A stretch of 64,000 nucleotides of DNA from Actinomycetales bacterium mxb001 (GTDB lineage Bacteria; Actinomycetota; Actinomycetes; S36-B12), in NCBI GenBank assembly GCA_004379115.1, contig NBNH01000208.1, positions 4,939-68,938 of the forward strand, read 5' to 3'. Below the pieces are notes generated by a model. The model was given only the letters and a program-made list of their open reading frames with translations. It was not told the origin of the DNA and ran no database searches. Shown piece after piece: positions 18,550 through 27,060 of this stretch. The translations under genes and the position numbers were made by a program. Within the stretch, counting starts at the first letter, position 1; each line of letters begins with the position of its first letter.

Positions 18550-19755
18550 ATGTCACGCTTGGCATACACCGAAGGTCTCACCGATATCCAGGTCGAGATC
18601 CTCAAGGCCGTACGCGACTTCGTCGACAACGAGATCCTGCCCAACGCCACCATGCTCGAGCACAAGGACGAGTACCCCGCCGACATCGTCGAGGGCCTCA
18701 AGGATCTCGGTGTCTTCGGCCTCATGATCCCCGAGGAATACGGCGGCCTGGGGGAGTCCCTGCTCACCTATGCGCTGGTCGTCGAGGAGATCGCCCGCGG
18801 CTGGATGAGCGTGTCCGGTGTCATCAACACCCACTTCATCGTCGCCTACATGCTCATGCAGCACGGCACCGAAGAGCAGAAGGCCCACTACCTGCCGCGC
18901 ATGGCCACCGGTGAGGTGCGCGGTGCCTTCAGCATGAGCGAGCCCGGCTGCGGATCCGACGTCTCCGCCATCCAGTCCCGCGCAGTGCGCGACGGCGACG
19001 ACTATGTCCTCAACGGCCAGAAGATGTGGCTGACCAACGGCGGCAGCTCCACCTTGGTCGCCGTGCTCGTGCGCACCGATGCCGAGGCGCCCGAGGGCGC
19101 GTCCGTCTACAAGCGCATGACGACGTTCCTCGTCGAGAAGCCCTCGGGATTCGGCGAGGTGCGCCCAGGCCTGACGATCCCCGGCAAGATCGAGAAGATG
19201 GGTTACAAGGGCGTCGACACCACCGAGCTCATCATGGAAGACCTGCGGCTGCCGGCCTCGGCGGTCCTCGGCGGTGAGCCGGGCAAGGGCTTCTACCAGA
19301 TGATGGACGGCGTCGAGGTTGGTCGCGTCAACGTCGCCGCGCGTGCCTGTGGCCTGGCCCAGCGCGCCTTCGAACTCGGCGTCGAATACGCCCAGCAGCG
19401 CGTGACCTTCGGCAAGCCGATTGCCGAGCACCAGGCCGTGGCGTTCCGGCTCGCTGACATGGGCACCAAGGTCGAGGCAGCCCACCAGATGATGGTGATG
19501 GCCGCGCGCAAGAAGGATTCAGGCGAGCGCAATGACCTCGAGTCCGGCATGGCCAAGTTGCTCGCCAGCGAATACTGCAAGGAGGTCGTCGAGGACTCCT
19601 TCCGCATCCACGGCGGCTACGGCTACTCCAAGGAATACGAGATCGAGCGCCTCTACCGCGAGGCACCCATGCTGATGATCGGCGAGGGCACGGCCGACAT
19701 CCAGAAGATGATCATCGCCCGTCGACTGCTGGAGGAATACAAGACCCGCGGCTAG
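18550..19755 (+). CDS. Acyl-CoA dehydrogenase
   Basis: 401 aa. Motifs present: GAFSMSEPGCGSDVS, KMWLTNG, and the C-terminal IHGGYGYSKEYEIERLYREAPMLMIGEGTADIQ. Confidence 0.9.
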   Translation: MSRLAYTEGLTDIQVEILKAVRDFVDNEILPNATMLEHKDEYPADIVEGLKDLGVFGLMIPEEYGGLGESLLTYALVVEEIARGWMSVSGVINTHFIVAYMLMQHGTEEQKAHYLPRMATGEVRGAFSMSEPGCGSDVSAIQSRAVRDGDDYVLNGQKMWLTNGGSSTLVAVLVRTDAEAPEGASVYKRMTTFLVEKPSGFGEVRPGLTIPGKIEKMGYKGVDTTELIMEDLRLPASAVLGGEPGKGFYQMMDGVEVGRVNVAARACGLAQRAFELGVEYAQQRVTFGKPIAEHQAVAFRLADMGTKVEAAHQMMVMAARKKDSGERNDLESGMAKLLASEYCKEVVEDSFRIHGGYGYSKEYEIERLYREAPMLMIGEGTADIQKMIIARRLLEEYKTRG

Positions 19756-20441
19756 GCGGAAACTCGTGCGCTCTCCCGCTGCGTGAGGCGGCGGATCAGC
19801 CAGTCGATGCCCCAGAAGATCAGGCACAGGACGATCGCGAAGACGACGATGCCGCCCACGTTGGTGAGCACGGCGCCGTAGCCGTAGGTCGCGACGTCGA
19901 GGAAGCCGTAGGGATAGGCGTTGATGAAGGCGCCACGGACGAGGGCGAAGACGAGCCAGACAATCGGCAGGATCAGGCTGGCGCCGATGATGCGCCAGGA
20001 GATCCATCCGCGGGGTCCGGCGATCAGCCAGACGAGGAACGTCACGATCGGCGTCAGGACGTGGAGGAAGAAGTTCGTCCAGACCTCAAGGCCCACGTTC
20101 TTTGCGCTCGCGGCGAGGATCGCGTTGTAGATGATGCCCGTCACCACGATCATCAGCACGCTGTCGAGCCGGAAGACGCGGAACCAGAAACTGTCGCGGT
20201 TGGGGCGCATGAAGAGCATCGTCATGACGATCGCGACCACGATGTTGGACCACAGGGTGAAGTAGGTGAACCAGTCGAAGACACGGCCGAGGAGCCCTTG
20301 CCCGGCGAAGCCGAGAGAAGTCGGGTTGGTGTTCTGGCTGGGGTACGTCCCGAGCACCGTGAGGGTGAACGACAGGAGCACGCCGAACCAGGCGATGAGG
20401 GCGTTGATGCCGAAGAGGGCACGCTTCCCGGTCGGGTTCAC
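19752..20441 (-). CDS. Pr6Pr-like six-helix integral membrane protein
   Basis: A GTG at 20441 gives VNPTGKRALFGINALIAWFGVLLSF...FTYFTLWSNIVVAIV. There are about six TM helices. The 137-aa ORF-track N-terminal extension is Arg/His-rich and antisense to the neighbouring gene. Confidence 0.6.
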   Translation of the reverse strand: MNPTGKRALFGINALIAWFGVLLSFTLTVLGTYPSQNTNPTSLGFAGQGLLGRVFDWFTYFTLWSNIVVAIVMTMLFMRPNRDSFWFRVFRLDSVLMIVVTGIIYNAILAASAKNVGLEVWTNFFLHVLTPIVTFLVWLIAGPRGWISWRIIGASLILPIVWLVFALVRGAFINAYPYGFLDVATYGYGAVLTNVGGIVVFAIVLCLIFWGIDWLIRRLTQRESARVSA

Positions 20442-20501
20442 ACCGCGACCGTACGCCGATCCGCCCGATCGTGGGGGGAAATCCGGCCGGTCGCCTACGG
20501 T

Positions 20502-21947
20502 GTGGCGGTGACCATCCGTCGCGACGAGCGTCCGGGCCTGGCCGGCCTTTTCGTCGACATGGCCGACAACTGCGAGCGCCTCGGCGCCCCCACCTACGCT
20601 GACCTGGCCGCGTGGGTGGCCGAGTGGGTCGAGGCAGGCGATGGCCGGTTTTCTTTCCTCACGCCGTACGCCGACTCCCGTATCGGCGACATGGTGCCGC
20701 TGCGGTTCTTCGCCGCCATTCACCGACTGGTGCTCCAGCGAGATGCCCCCGGCCTCGCGGTGTTCTACGCCTCGGTCGGCGGGACGCCTCCGACATCTCA
20801 TCGAGCGCGCGCGGCGTGCCGCGACGCCTTTGTCGAGGTGGTGGCGGAGCATGCGGAGGAGATCGCGGCTGGCCTGCAGGGCTTTCCGCAGACCAATGAG
20901 GTCGGGCGGACAGCGGCGCTGGCCGACGTCCTCGCTCGTGTCGACGCCCAGTGGGGTCTGCCGGTGCGGCTGGCCGAGATCGGCTGCTCAGCCGGGCTCG
21001 CCCTGCGGGTCGATGCCCTGGTCGTTGAGGGGGTCGTGCCCGTGCGCGGCGATGCGGTGGTGCCGCTGATCGTCGAGCGCATCGGATGCGATATCCATCC
21101 GGTCGATCCCACGACGCAGGAAGGCAGGCTGCTGCTCACATCGTTCGTCTGGCCCGATCATGTCGAGCGATTCGAGCGCCTGCGTGCGGCTCTCGATATC
21201 GCCTCACGCGTGCCGGCCGAGGTGGTCGCCCAGGACGCCGTGTCCTTTGTCCAGGGACTGCGGCTGGTCGATGGCCAGGCACTCGTGCTGTGGCACTCGG
21301 CCATGTGGATGTACCTGCCGCCGGGGGATCGATCGGCCATCGAGACGGCCATAGAGCGACTCGGGTCGACCGCGACCGAGCGATCTCCGCTCGTGCACGT
21401 GGCGCTCGAACCGACATCGGAACTACCCGGTGAGCAGCACGTCTTCCACCTGCGGGTCACCGCCTGGCCCGAACTCGACGACGTTCCGGCCGGGATGACC
21501 GTGACCCTGGCGCGCACGCCTCCGGCGGGGATGCCGGTCGATTGGTCCGTGCCATGCGTGGGCGCGATCGTCCACGATGGCGCGGGACGACTGCTCGTCA
21601 TCCGGCGGGGCCGCGAACCGGCGCTGGGTCTGTGGTCGCTGCCGGGAGGACGCGTGCATGCCGGCGAGGCTTTCCGGGACGCCGTCGTACGAGAGGTCGC
21701 GGAGGAGACCGGCCTTCATGTCGTCCCCGAGCGCATGGTGGGCTCGGTCGAGCGCACGGCGCCCGACGGGTCGACGTATGACATCCGCGACTTCATCGCG
21801 CGCTTGGTCGATGACGGTGTGCTCGTCGCGGGTGACGATGCGGTGGATGCGCGGTGGGTGGGCGATGCCGAACTGCGTGCCCTGCCGACCTCGCCGGGAC
21901 TGCTCGAAGCGCTCGAGGAGTGGGGCGTGCTGCCGACCGCGCCGTAG
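20502..21947 (+). CDS. DUF2332 domain protein fused in frame to a C-terminal NUDIX hydrolase domain
   Basis: The DUF2332-like part reads FVDMADNCERLGAPTYADLAAW...RLAEIGCSAGLAL...LVLWHSAMWMYLP. The Nudix box GGRVHAGEAFRDAVVREVAEETGL follows with no intervening stop. The start was chosen at GTG 20502; alternatives are 20508 or the ATG of MADNCE. The upstream part of ORF 20061-21947 is antisense to the Pr6Pr-like gene. Confidence 0.7.
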   Translation: MAVTIRRDERPGLAGLFVDMADNCERLGAPTYADLAAWVAEWVEAGDGRFSFLTPYADSRIGDMVPLRFFAAIHRLVLQRDAPGLAVFYASVGGTPPTSHRARAACRDAFVEVVAEHAEEIAAGLQGFPQTNEVGRTAALADVLARVDAQWGLPVRLAEIGCSAGLALRVDALVVEGVVPVRGDAVVPLIVERIGCDIHPVDPTTQEGRLLLTSFVWPDHVERFERLRAALDIASRVPAEVVAQDAVSFVQGLRLVDGQALVLWHSAMWMYLPPGDRSAIETAIERLGSTATERSPLVHVALEPTSELPGEQHVFHLRVTAWPELDDVPAGMTVTLARTPPAGMPVDWSVPCVGAIVHDGAGRLLVIRRGREPALGLWSLPGGRVHAGEAFRDAVVREVAEETGLHVVPERMVGSVERTAPDGSTYDIRDFIARLVDDGVLVAGDDAVDARWVGDAELRALPTSPGLLEALEEWGVLPTAP

Positions 21948-21972
21948 TCGAGCCCGCCATCGGAACGCGTTG

Positions 21973-22002
21973 GAGAGACTTATCGCGGCGCGTAAGTCTC
22001 TC
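21973..22002. terminator. Perfect 10-bp, relatively AT-rich hairpin between convergent genes; candidate bidirectional terminator
   Basis: GAGAGACTTA (21973-21982) pairs with TAAGTCTCTC (21993-22002), separated by a 10-nt loop. Confidence 0.5.
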
Positions 22003-22045
22003 TAAGTCGACCAGACGCGACCGGACCCCATTGTGGTCCTGCCGA

Positions 22046-22897
22046 TCAGGAGCGCCAGAGGGCGTCTAGGAGGGCGGCCGTCGCATGGGGATCGTCCACC
22101 GCTGGGCTGTGCGCGGCGCCGGCGATGACGTGCGCTGTCGTGCCCAGTGCCGACGCCATGACGTCCTGCTCCTCCAGCGGCCACGCATCGTCGAATTCGC
22201 CGTACACCACATGAGTCGTGACGCCCGCAGCCGCCAGTTCGGCCGTGCGGTCGCGGGCGTCGAGCAGGATCCGACCCATCTCGCGAAGGCCCGAGGGGCT
22301 AGCGGCACAGAAGCGGGTCCGCACGAAGTCATGGACCTCCGCCGAGGGTGGCTCCCATCCGGATGCGAGGTCCATCGCCTCCTTGGCCACCCAGATGTCG
22401 GTGAGCGGCACGTCGGGCAGCGCGGCAACCAAGGCCGGGATCGTGCCATGAAGGTGTGGAGGAAGCGCGCCGGGACCCGAGCACAGCAGCGTCAACGAGG
22501 CCAGCGACGTTGCCCCGGCATCGAGCACCGCCGACCGTGCGACCAGCCCTCCGAGGGAGTGGCCGACGAGGTGCACGCCTGCGGCCTCACCGGTCCACTC
22601 GACGACATCGCGCGCGTCTGCGCCGAGCAATTCAAGGGCGTAGTCACCGGGGTCGTCGGGGCCCGTGCTCTCCCATTGGCCGAGTTGGTCAAAGGCGATC
22701 ACCCGCCAGCCGCGCTGTGCCAGCGGCTCAAGAAGCGCGATGAAATCCTCTTTGCTACCGGTGAACCCCGGCACGAGGACGGCGGTGCCGACCGGATCGG
22801 TGGGCGATATCTCGATCGCAGCGCGCGAGCCGCGGGTCACCGCGATGTCGACCCGGCGGGCGCCGTCGGGCAGCGAAAGTCGAGGCGGGGTGCTCAT
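22046..22897 (-). CDS. Alpha/beta hydrolase
   Basis: 283 aa. The nucleophile elbow is LVGHSLGGLVA, with PGFTGSKEDF upstream. The start overlaps the DEAD-box helicase stop (ATGA-type overlap at 22894-22897). Confidence 0.8.
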   Translation of the reverse strand: MSTPPRLSLPDGARRVDIAVTRGSRAAIEISPTDPVGTAVLVPGFTGSKEDFIALLEPLAQRGWRVIAFDQLGQWESTGPDDPGDYALELLGADARDVVEWTGEAAGVHLVGHSLGGLVARSAVLDAGATSLASLTLLCSGPGALPPHLHGTIPALVAALPDVPLTDIWVAKEAMDLASGWEPPSAEVHDFVRTRFCAASPSGLREMGRILLDARDRTAELAAAGVTTHVVYGEFDDAWPLEEQDVMASALGTTAHVIAGAAHSPAVDDPHATAALLDALWRS

Positions 22898-24390
22898 GCC
22901 TCGGCGGAGGGGGCCCCGCTGCGGCGGGTACGCCGGCGACGACGCGGTGCACCGTCGCCCGACTTCTCGGACTTCGGCTGCTCGGACTTCGGCTTATCCG
23001 ACCGCGCGCGATCGGACTTCGGCTTGTCGGATCTCGGTCGATCGGACTTCGAACGATCACCCTGGGCCTTGGGCTTCTTGCCGGTCTCCCCGATGTCTTC
23101 GAGTGCCTCCGCGGCCAGGCCAGCGCGCGTGCGCTCCGCCGCGGTGAGTCGACCGGTGGCATCGCGGGGAACGCCGAGCCCGGTGTAGAGGTGATCGGAC
23201 GTGGAGTACGTCTCGAGGGGATCCTTGAAAGGCAGGCCGAGGATCTTGTCGATCATCTGCCAGCGCGCTACGTCCTCCCAGTCGACGAACGTGACCGCGA
23301 CTCCGCTCGCACCCGCTCGGCCGGTGCGGCCGATGCGGTGCAGGTAGGTCTTCTCGTCGTCGGGGCACTCGTAGTTGATGACGTGGGTGACGCCGTCGAC
23401 ATCGATGCCGCGTGCCGCGACGTCGGTGGCTACCAGCACGTCGACCTTGCCGTTGCGGAAGGCGCGAAGGGCCTGCTCGCGGGCACCCTGCCCCAGGTCG
23501 CCGTGCACCGTACCCACGGCGAAGCCGCGCTCCGTGAGGTCGTCCATGATCTTCTGGGCCTTGCGCTTGGTGCGCGTGAAGACCATGGTGAGGCCGCGCC
23601 CATTCGACTGCAGGACGCGTGCGAGGAGCTCGGGCTTGTCGAGGGGGTGGGCGCGCCAGACGTGCTGTTCGATCGCATCGACCGTGGCGCGATCATCGCC
23701 AGGGTCGGCGGCGCGGATGTGGGTGGGCTGCGTCATGTAGCGACGGGCCAGGGCCACGATCTGCCCGGGCATCGTGGCGGAGAAGAGCATGGTCTGCCGG
23801 CTCGACGGAATCTGCGACACGATGCGCTCGACGTCGGGAAGGAATCCCATGTCGAGCATCTCGTCTGCCTCGTCGAGCACGAGCACGCCCACGCGCGACA
23901 GATCGAGTGAGCCGCGGTTGGCGAGGTCGATCAATCGTCCGGGCGTGCCGACCACCACCTCGATGCCCTTGGCGAGTGCATCGACCTGGGGCTCGTAGGC
24001 GCGACCGCCGTAGACGCTCAGCACGCGCAGCCCACGAAGGGAACTGGCGTGCTCGAGGTCGGAGGCGACCTGGATGCAGAGCTCGCGCGTGGGGACGACG
24101 ACCAGGGCCTGCGGGGTGGCTCCCGGAGTGTCATCGCGCGTGATGCGCTGGAGGAGGGGAATGCCAAAGCCCAGCGTCTTGCCGGTGCCGGTCTTGGCCT
24201 GCCCGATGAGATCGCGCCCTTCGAGGGCGAGGGGCAGGGTCATTTCCTGGATGGGGAAGGCGCGCTCGATCCCGATGTCGGCGAGGGCCTGGGCGATGTC
24301 CTCGTCGGCGCCGAGGTCGCGGAATGTGGGGGCCTGCGCGAGGCTCTCCGTGCTGCTCAGTTGTGCTCCTGTAAGAGGGACCGCGGGCAC
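22894..24390 (-). CDS. DEAD-box ATP-dependent RNA helicase with a repetitive basic C-terminal tail
   Basis: 498 aa. Motifs present: Q-motif FPIQ, AKTGTGKT, PTRELC, DEAD (LVLDEADEMLD), SAT, ARGIDV, HRIGRTGRAG. Confidence 0.9.
   Translation of the reverse strand: MPAVPLTGAQLSSTESLAQAPTFRDLGADEDIAQALADIGIERAFPIQEMTLPLALEGRDLIGQAKTGTGKTLGFGIPLLQRITRDDTPGATPQALVVVPTRELCIQVASDLEHASSLRGLRVLSVYGGRAYEPQVDALAKGIEVVVGTPGRLIDLANRGSLDLSRVGVLVLDEADEMLDMGFLPDVERIVSQIPSSRQTMLFSATMPGQIVALARRYMTQPTHIRAADPGDDRATVDAIEQHVWRAHPLDKPELLARVLQSNGRGLTMVFTRTKRKAQKIMDDLTERGFAVGTVHGDLGQGAREQALRAFRNGKVDVLVATDVAARGIDVDGVTHVINYECPDDEKTYLHRIGRTGRAGASGVAVTFVDWEDVARWQMIDKILGLPFKDPLETYSTSDHLYTGLGVPRDATGRLTAAERTRAGLAAEALEDIGETGKKPKAQGDRSKSDRPRSDKPKSDRARSDKPKSEQPKSEKSGDGAPRRRRRTRRSGAPSAEA
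22961..23058 (-). repeat. Imperfect tandem repeats (about 15-30 nt) encoding the (S-D-K/R-P-K/R)n tail of the DEAD-box helicase
   Basis: TCGGACTTCGGCT-type units recur four or more times on the + strand. The peptide is DRSKSDRPRSDKPKSDRARSDKPKSEQPKSEKSGD. Confidence 0.7.
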
Positions 24391-24461
24391 CGCACCCGGA
24401 TGCGGGGGCGCCGACGCACGGTCTTCGTGGCTTTGAGTGTACCTCCCACTACGCTCGCGCC

Positions 24462-25145
24462 ATGACCGAGGACGCTGCGCTCGCGGACCCCGCGTACCGC
24501 GCGGCCGTCGTCGATCTGCTCGGCGTTCTCGCCTATGGCGAACTCATGGCCTTCGAGCGTCTCGCTGCCGATGCAGCCCTAGCGCCAACGATCACTGACG
24601 AGGCAGAGCTCGCCGCCATGGCTAATGCCGAATACCGCCATTTCACGCGCATCCGCGATCGCCTCGTCGAACTGGGCGTCGATCCGGCCGCAGCAATGGC
24701 GCCGTTCCGCGAGCCGCTCGAGAGTTTCCACTCCATGACCGCTCCGAGCGACTGGCTGGAGGGTCTCGTCAAGGCCTATGTCGGCGATGGCATCGGCATG
24801 GACTTCTATCGCGAGATCGCGGTCTTCCTCGATCCGCAGACCCAGGCCCTCGTGCTCGATGTCTGCGCCGACCTCGGGCAGTCCGCTTTCGTGGTCGATC
24901 GCGTACGCGCGGCCATCGAGGCCGATCCTCGAGTCGCGGGACGACTCGCCCTGTGGGCGCGACGTCTTGTCGGTGAGGCGCTGTCGCAGGCTCAGCACGT
25001 GGCAGCGGAGCGCGAAGCGCTGACCGCCATGCTCATGGGTGATGTGGCCGGACGTGCCATGGATCTCACCGCGATCGGCGAGATGTTCGGGCGCATGACC
25101 GACGAGCACACCCGTCGGATGCAGGCCCTGGGCCTGTCGGCCTAG
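24462..25145 (+). CDS. Ferritin-like fold (MiaE-like) protein
   Basis: 227 aa, helical, with E/H-containing motifs (YGELMAFERLA, EYRHFTRIRDRL). It occupies the conserved position divergent from the DEAD-box helicase. Confidence 0.65.
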   Translation: MTEDAALADPAYRAAVVDLLGVLAYGELMAFERLAADAALAPTITDEAELAAMANAEYRHFTRIRDRLVELGVDPAAAMAPFREPLESFHSMTAPSDWLEGLVKAYVGDGIGMDFYREIAVFLDPQTQALVLDVCADLGQSAFVVDRVRAAIEADPRVAGRLALWARRLVGEALSQAQHVAAEREALTAMLMGDVAGRAMDLTAIGEMFGRMTDEHTRRMQALGLSA

Positions 25146-25366
25146 GCCGCGCCGAATCCCACGCGACGCGACGACGAGGGACCGATCTCGACGTAGGCCA
25201 GGCGATCAGCCGGCACGAGGATCCGATGCCCCTTGGCGTCTTCCAGCATGAGCACGCCACCGGCCGCGAGTGCCGCGCTCACGGCCTCCGCGATCTCATC
25301 GGGGGTCTGGGTGCTCTCAAGAACCATCTCGCGCGCCGCGTTCTGCACGCCGATCTTGACCTCCAC
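25142..25366 (-). CDS. DUF3107 domain-containing protein
   Basis: 74 aa. The sequence MEVKIGVQNAAREMVLESTQTPDEIAEAVSAALAAGGVLMLEDAKGHRILVPADRLAYVEIG matches this small conserved actinobacterial family. Confidence 0.85.
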   Translation of the reverse strand: MEVKIGVQNAAREMVLESTQTPDEIAEAVSAALAAGGVLMLEDAKGHRILVPADRLAYVEIGPSSSRRVGFGAA

Positions 25367-25419
25367 CGCACGGCCTCCCTGCCTTGTCGACTAGCGGCAG
25401 GCTAACCCAGGCGCCCGGA

Positions 25420-26055
25420 TCACGGCGAGGGCGGGTGCGACAGCGGGAATCCACCGATACCGCGCCATCCGAGCGAGGAGATGAGCTCGACGGCCGCGTC
25501 GCGATGAAGGGTGCCGGGATCGCGCAGCCAGCGCCGGGCGGCGATCTGCGCCATGCCGAGAAGCCCCGCGGCTAGCAGCTCGGCCTGGGTGTCGGACAGC
25601 CCGGTGTCTTCGGCGATGACGCTGGCCATGAGGTGCGCACACGACGCATCGGCTGCCTCGAGCCGGTCGCGGACGGCCGGCTCATTGGGCAGGTCGCTTT
25701 CGAAGACGAGGCGGTAGGCGCCGTCGGGGTCGTCGATGAAATCGAAGTACGCCGAGATCGCGCCGCGGACGCGCTGCTTGTTGTCGGTGGTCGACTCGAG
25801 GGCATTGCGCAGGGAGTCGAGCAGAGAGGCGATGCCATCGTCGAGGAGCGCGACGTAGAGATCGAGTTTGCCGGGGAAGTGCTGGTAGAGCACCGGCTTG
25901 CTCACCCCGGCGCGCACGGCGATGTCGTCCATGCCTGCCGTGTGATAGCCCTGGGCGACGAAGACCTCGCGTGCCGCTGCGAGCACCTGGGCTCGCCGTT
26001 CCTCGCGAGGAAGTCGTGAGGTGGGGCGGCTTGCCACATCATCAGCCGCGGTCAC
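25420..26055 (-). CDS. TetR/AcrR family transcriptional regulator
   Basis: 211 aa. The N-terminal HTH is RAQVLAAAREVFVAQGYHTAGMDDIAVRAGVSKPVLYQHFPGK. Confidence 0.85.
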   Translation of the reverse strand: MTAADDVASRPTSRLPREERRAQVLAAAREVFVAQGYHTAGMDDIAVRAGVSKPVLYQHFPGKLDLYVALLDDGIASLLDSLRNALESTTDNKQRVRGAISAYFDFIDDPDGAYRLVFESDLPNEPAVRDRLEAADASCAHLMASVIAEDTGLSDTQAELLAAGLLGMAQIAARRWLRDPGTLHRDAAVELISSLGWRGIGGFPLSHPPSP

Positions 26056-26056
26056 C

Positions 26057-26074
26057 GGGCCATGCTAGTGGCCC
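26057..26074. promoter_or_regulatory. Candidate TetR operator (6-6-6 inverted repeat) in the 37-bp divergent intergenic region
   Basis: The sequence is GGGCCA-TGCTAG-TGGCCC at 26057-26074. It starts 2 nt upstream of the TetR start codon. Confidence 0.3.
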
Positions 26075-26092
26075 CCGTGATGTGATGGCTGC

Positions 26093-27013
26093 ATGAGCCA
26101 CGCCCCGTCCGAGCGGTGGGACCTGCCCGGTGCACAGGTCCGCGTGCGACGCGTGGGCGACGACTCCGGCCCTCGTCCCGCAGCGGTCTTCGTCCACGGG
26201 TTGGGCGGTTCTTCGCTGAACTGGGTCGATCTCATGCCATTGCTCGCGGATGAGGTCGACGGCCTCGCCCTCGATCTGCCCGGATTCGGTTCGTCCCCGC
26301 CCCCTCGCGACGGTGACTATTCGCCCGCGGGGCACGCGCGCACCGTGGCCGCTGTTATCCGTCAGTGGCAGGAGATGCGCGGTGATGACGCGCCCGTTCA
26401 CGTCTTCGGCAACTCGATGGGCGGCGCTGTTGCCCTGCAGCTCGCTGTGCGCGAACCCTCCCTGGTCGACACGCTGACGCTTATCTCGCCCGCCCTGCCG
26501 ACACGGCGTACTCGTCGTGGCAACGCACATCTTCCGGTGGTCGCCATTCCTGGCCTCGGCGAATCCCTGCTGCGTCGCTACCTGCAGGTGTCGGCGCAGG
26601 CGCGCGTGGCCGCCACGATCGATGCGTGCTTCGTCGATACGGCGTCGGTGTCTCCGGCGTTGCGTGAGGCACTCACCGCGGAGGTCGTGGAGCGAGATCG
26701 CTATCCCTATGTCGGCGATGCGTTCCTGTCGTCGCTGCGTGGACTCCTGCGCACGTTCGCCGACCCCTCGCCCCAGCGCCCGTGGGCCTTGGCCAGGCGC
26801 GTGACGCAACCGGTGCTGGCCCTCTACGGCGAGGACGACGTCCTCGTGCATCCCTCCGGGGCTCGCCGGGCGGCGCGTGAGTTCCCTCGAGGCGAGGTCG
26901 TGCTGCTCTCGCGGACCGGTCACGCGGCCCAGATGGAGCACCCGGAGCTGGTAGCCGACCTCTGGCGGCGCACCATCCTCGACCGGGCTCCGCGCCCGGC
27001 CGTGTCCCCCTAG
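26093..27013 (+). CDS. Alpha/beta hydrolase
   Basis: 306 aa. It has VFVHGLGGSSLNW, the nucleophile elbow FGNSMGG, and a C-terminal GHAAQMEHPE. Confidence 0.8.
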   Translation: MSHAPSERWDLPGAQVRVRRVGDDSGPRPAAVFVHGLGGSSLNWVDLMPLLADEVDGLALDLPGFGSSPPPRDGDYSPAGHARTVAAVIRQWQEMRGDDAPVHVFGNSMGGAVALQLAVREPSLVDTLTLISPALPTRRTRRGNAHLPVVAIPGLGESLLRRYLQVSAQARVAATIDACFVDTASVSPALREALTAEVVERDRYPYVGDAFLSSLRGLLRTFADPSPQRPWALARRVTQPVLALYGEDDVLVHPSGARRAAREFPRGEVVLLSRTGHAAQMEHPELVADLWRRTILDRAPRPAVSP

Positions 27014-27060
27014 ACTCGCTCGCGGCCGAGGCATCCGGCGCGGCCGACGAGGGAGGCGCC

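Noticed and set aside
20061-20501. N-terminal extension of the DUF2332-NUDIX ORF (His/Glu/Asp/Arg-rich, MEEEVRPDLKAHVL...).
   Set aside because: It overlaps the Pr6Pr-like membrane gene in antisense. The DUF2332 similarity only begins around 20530.
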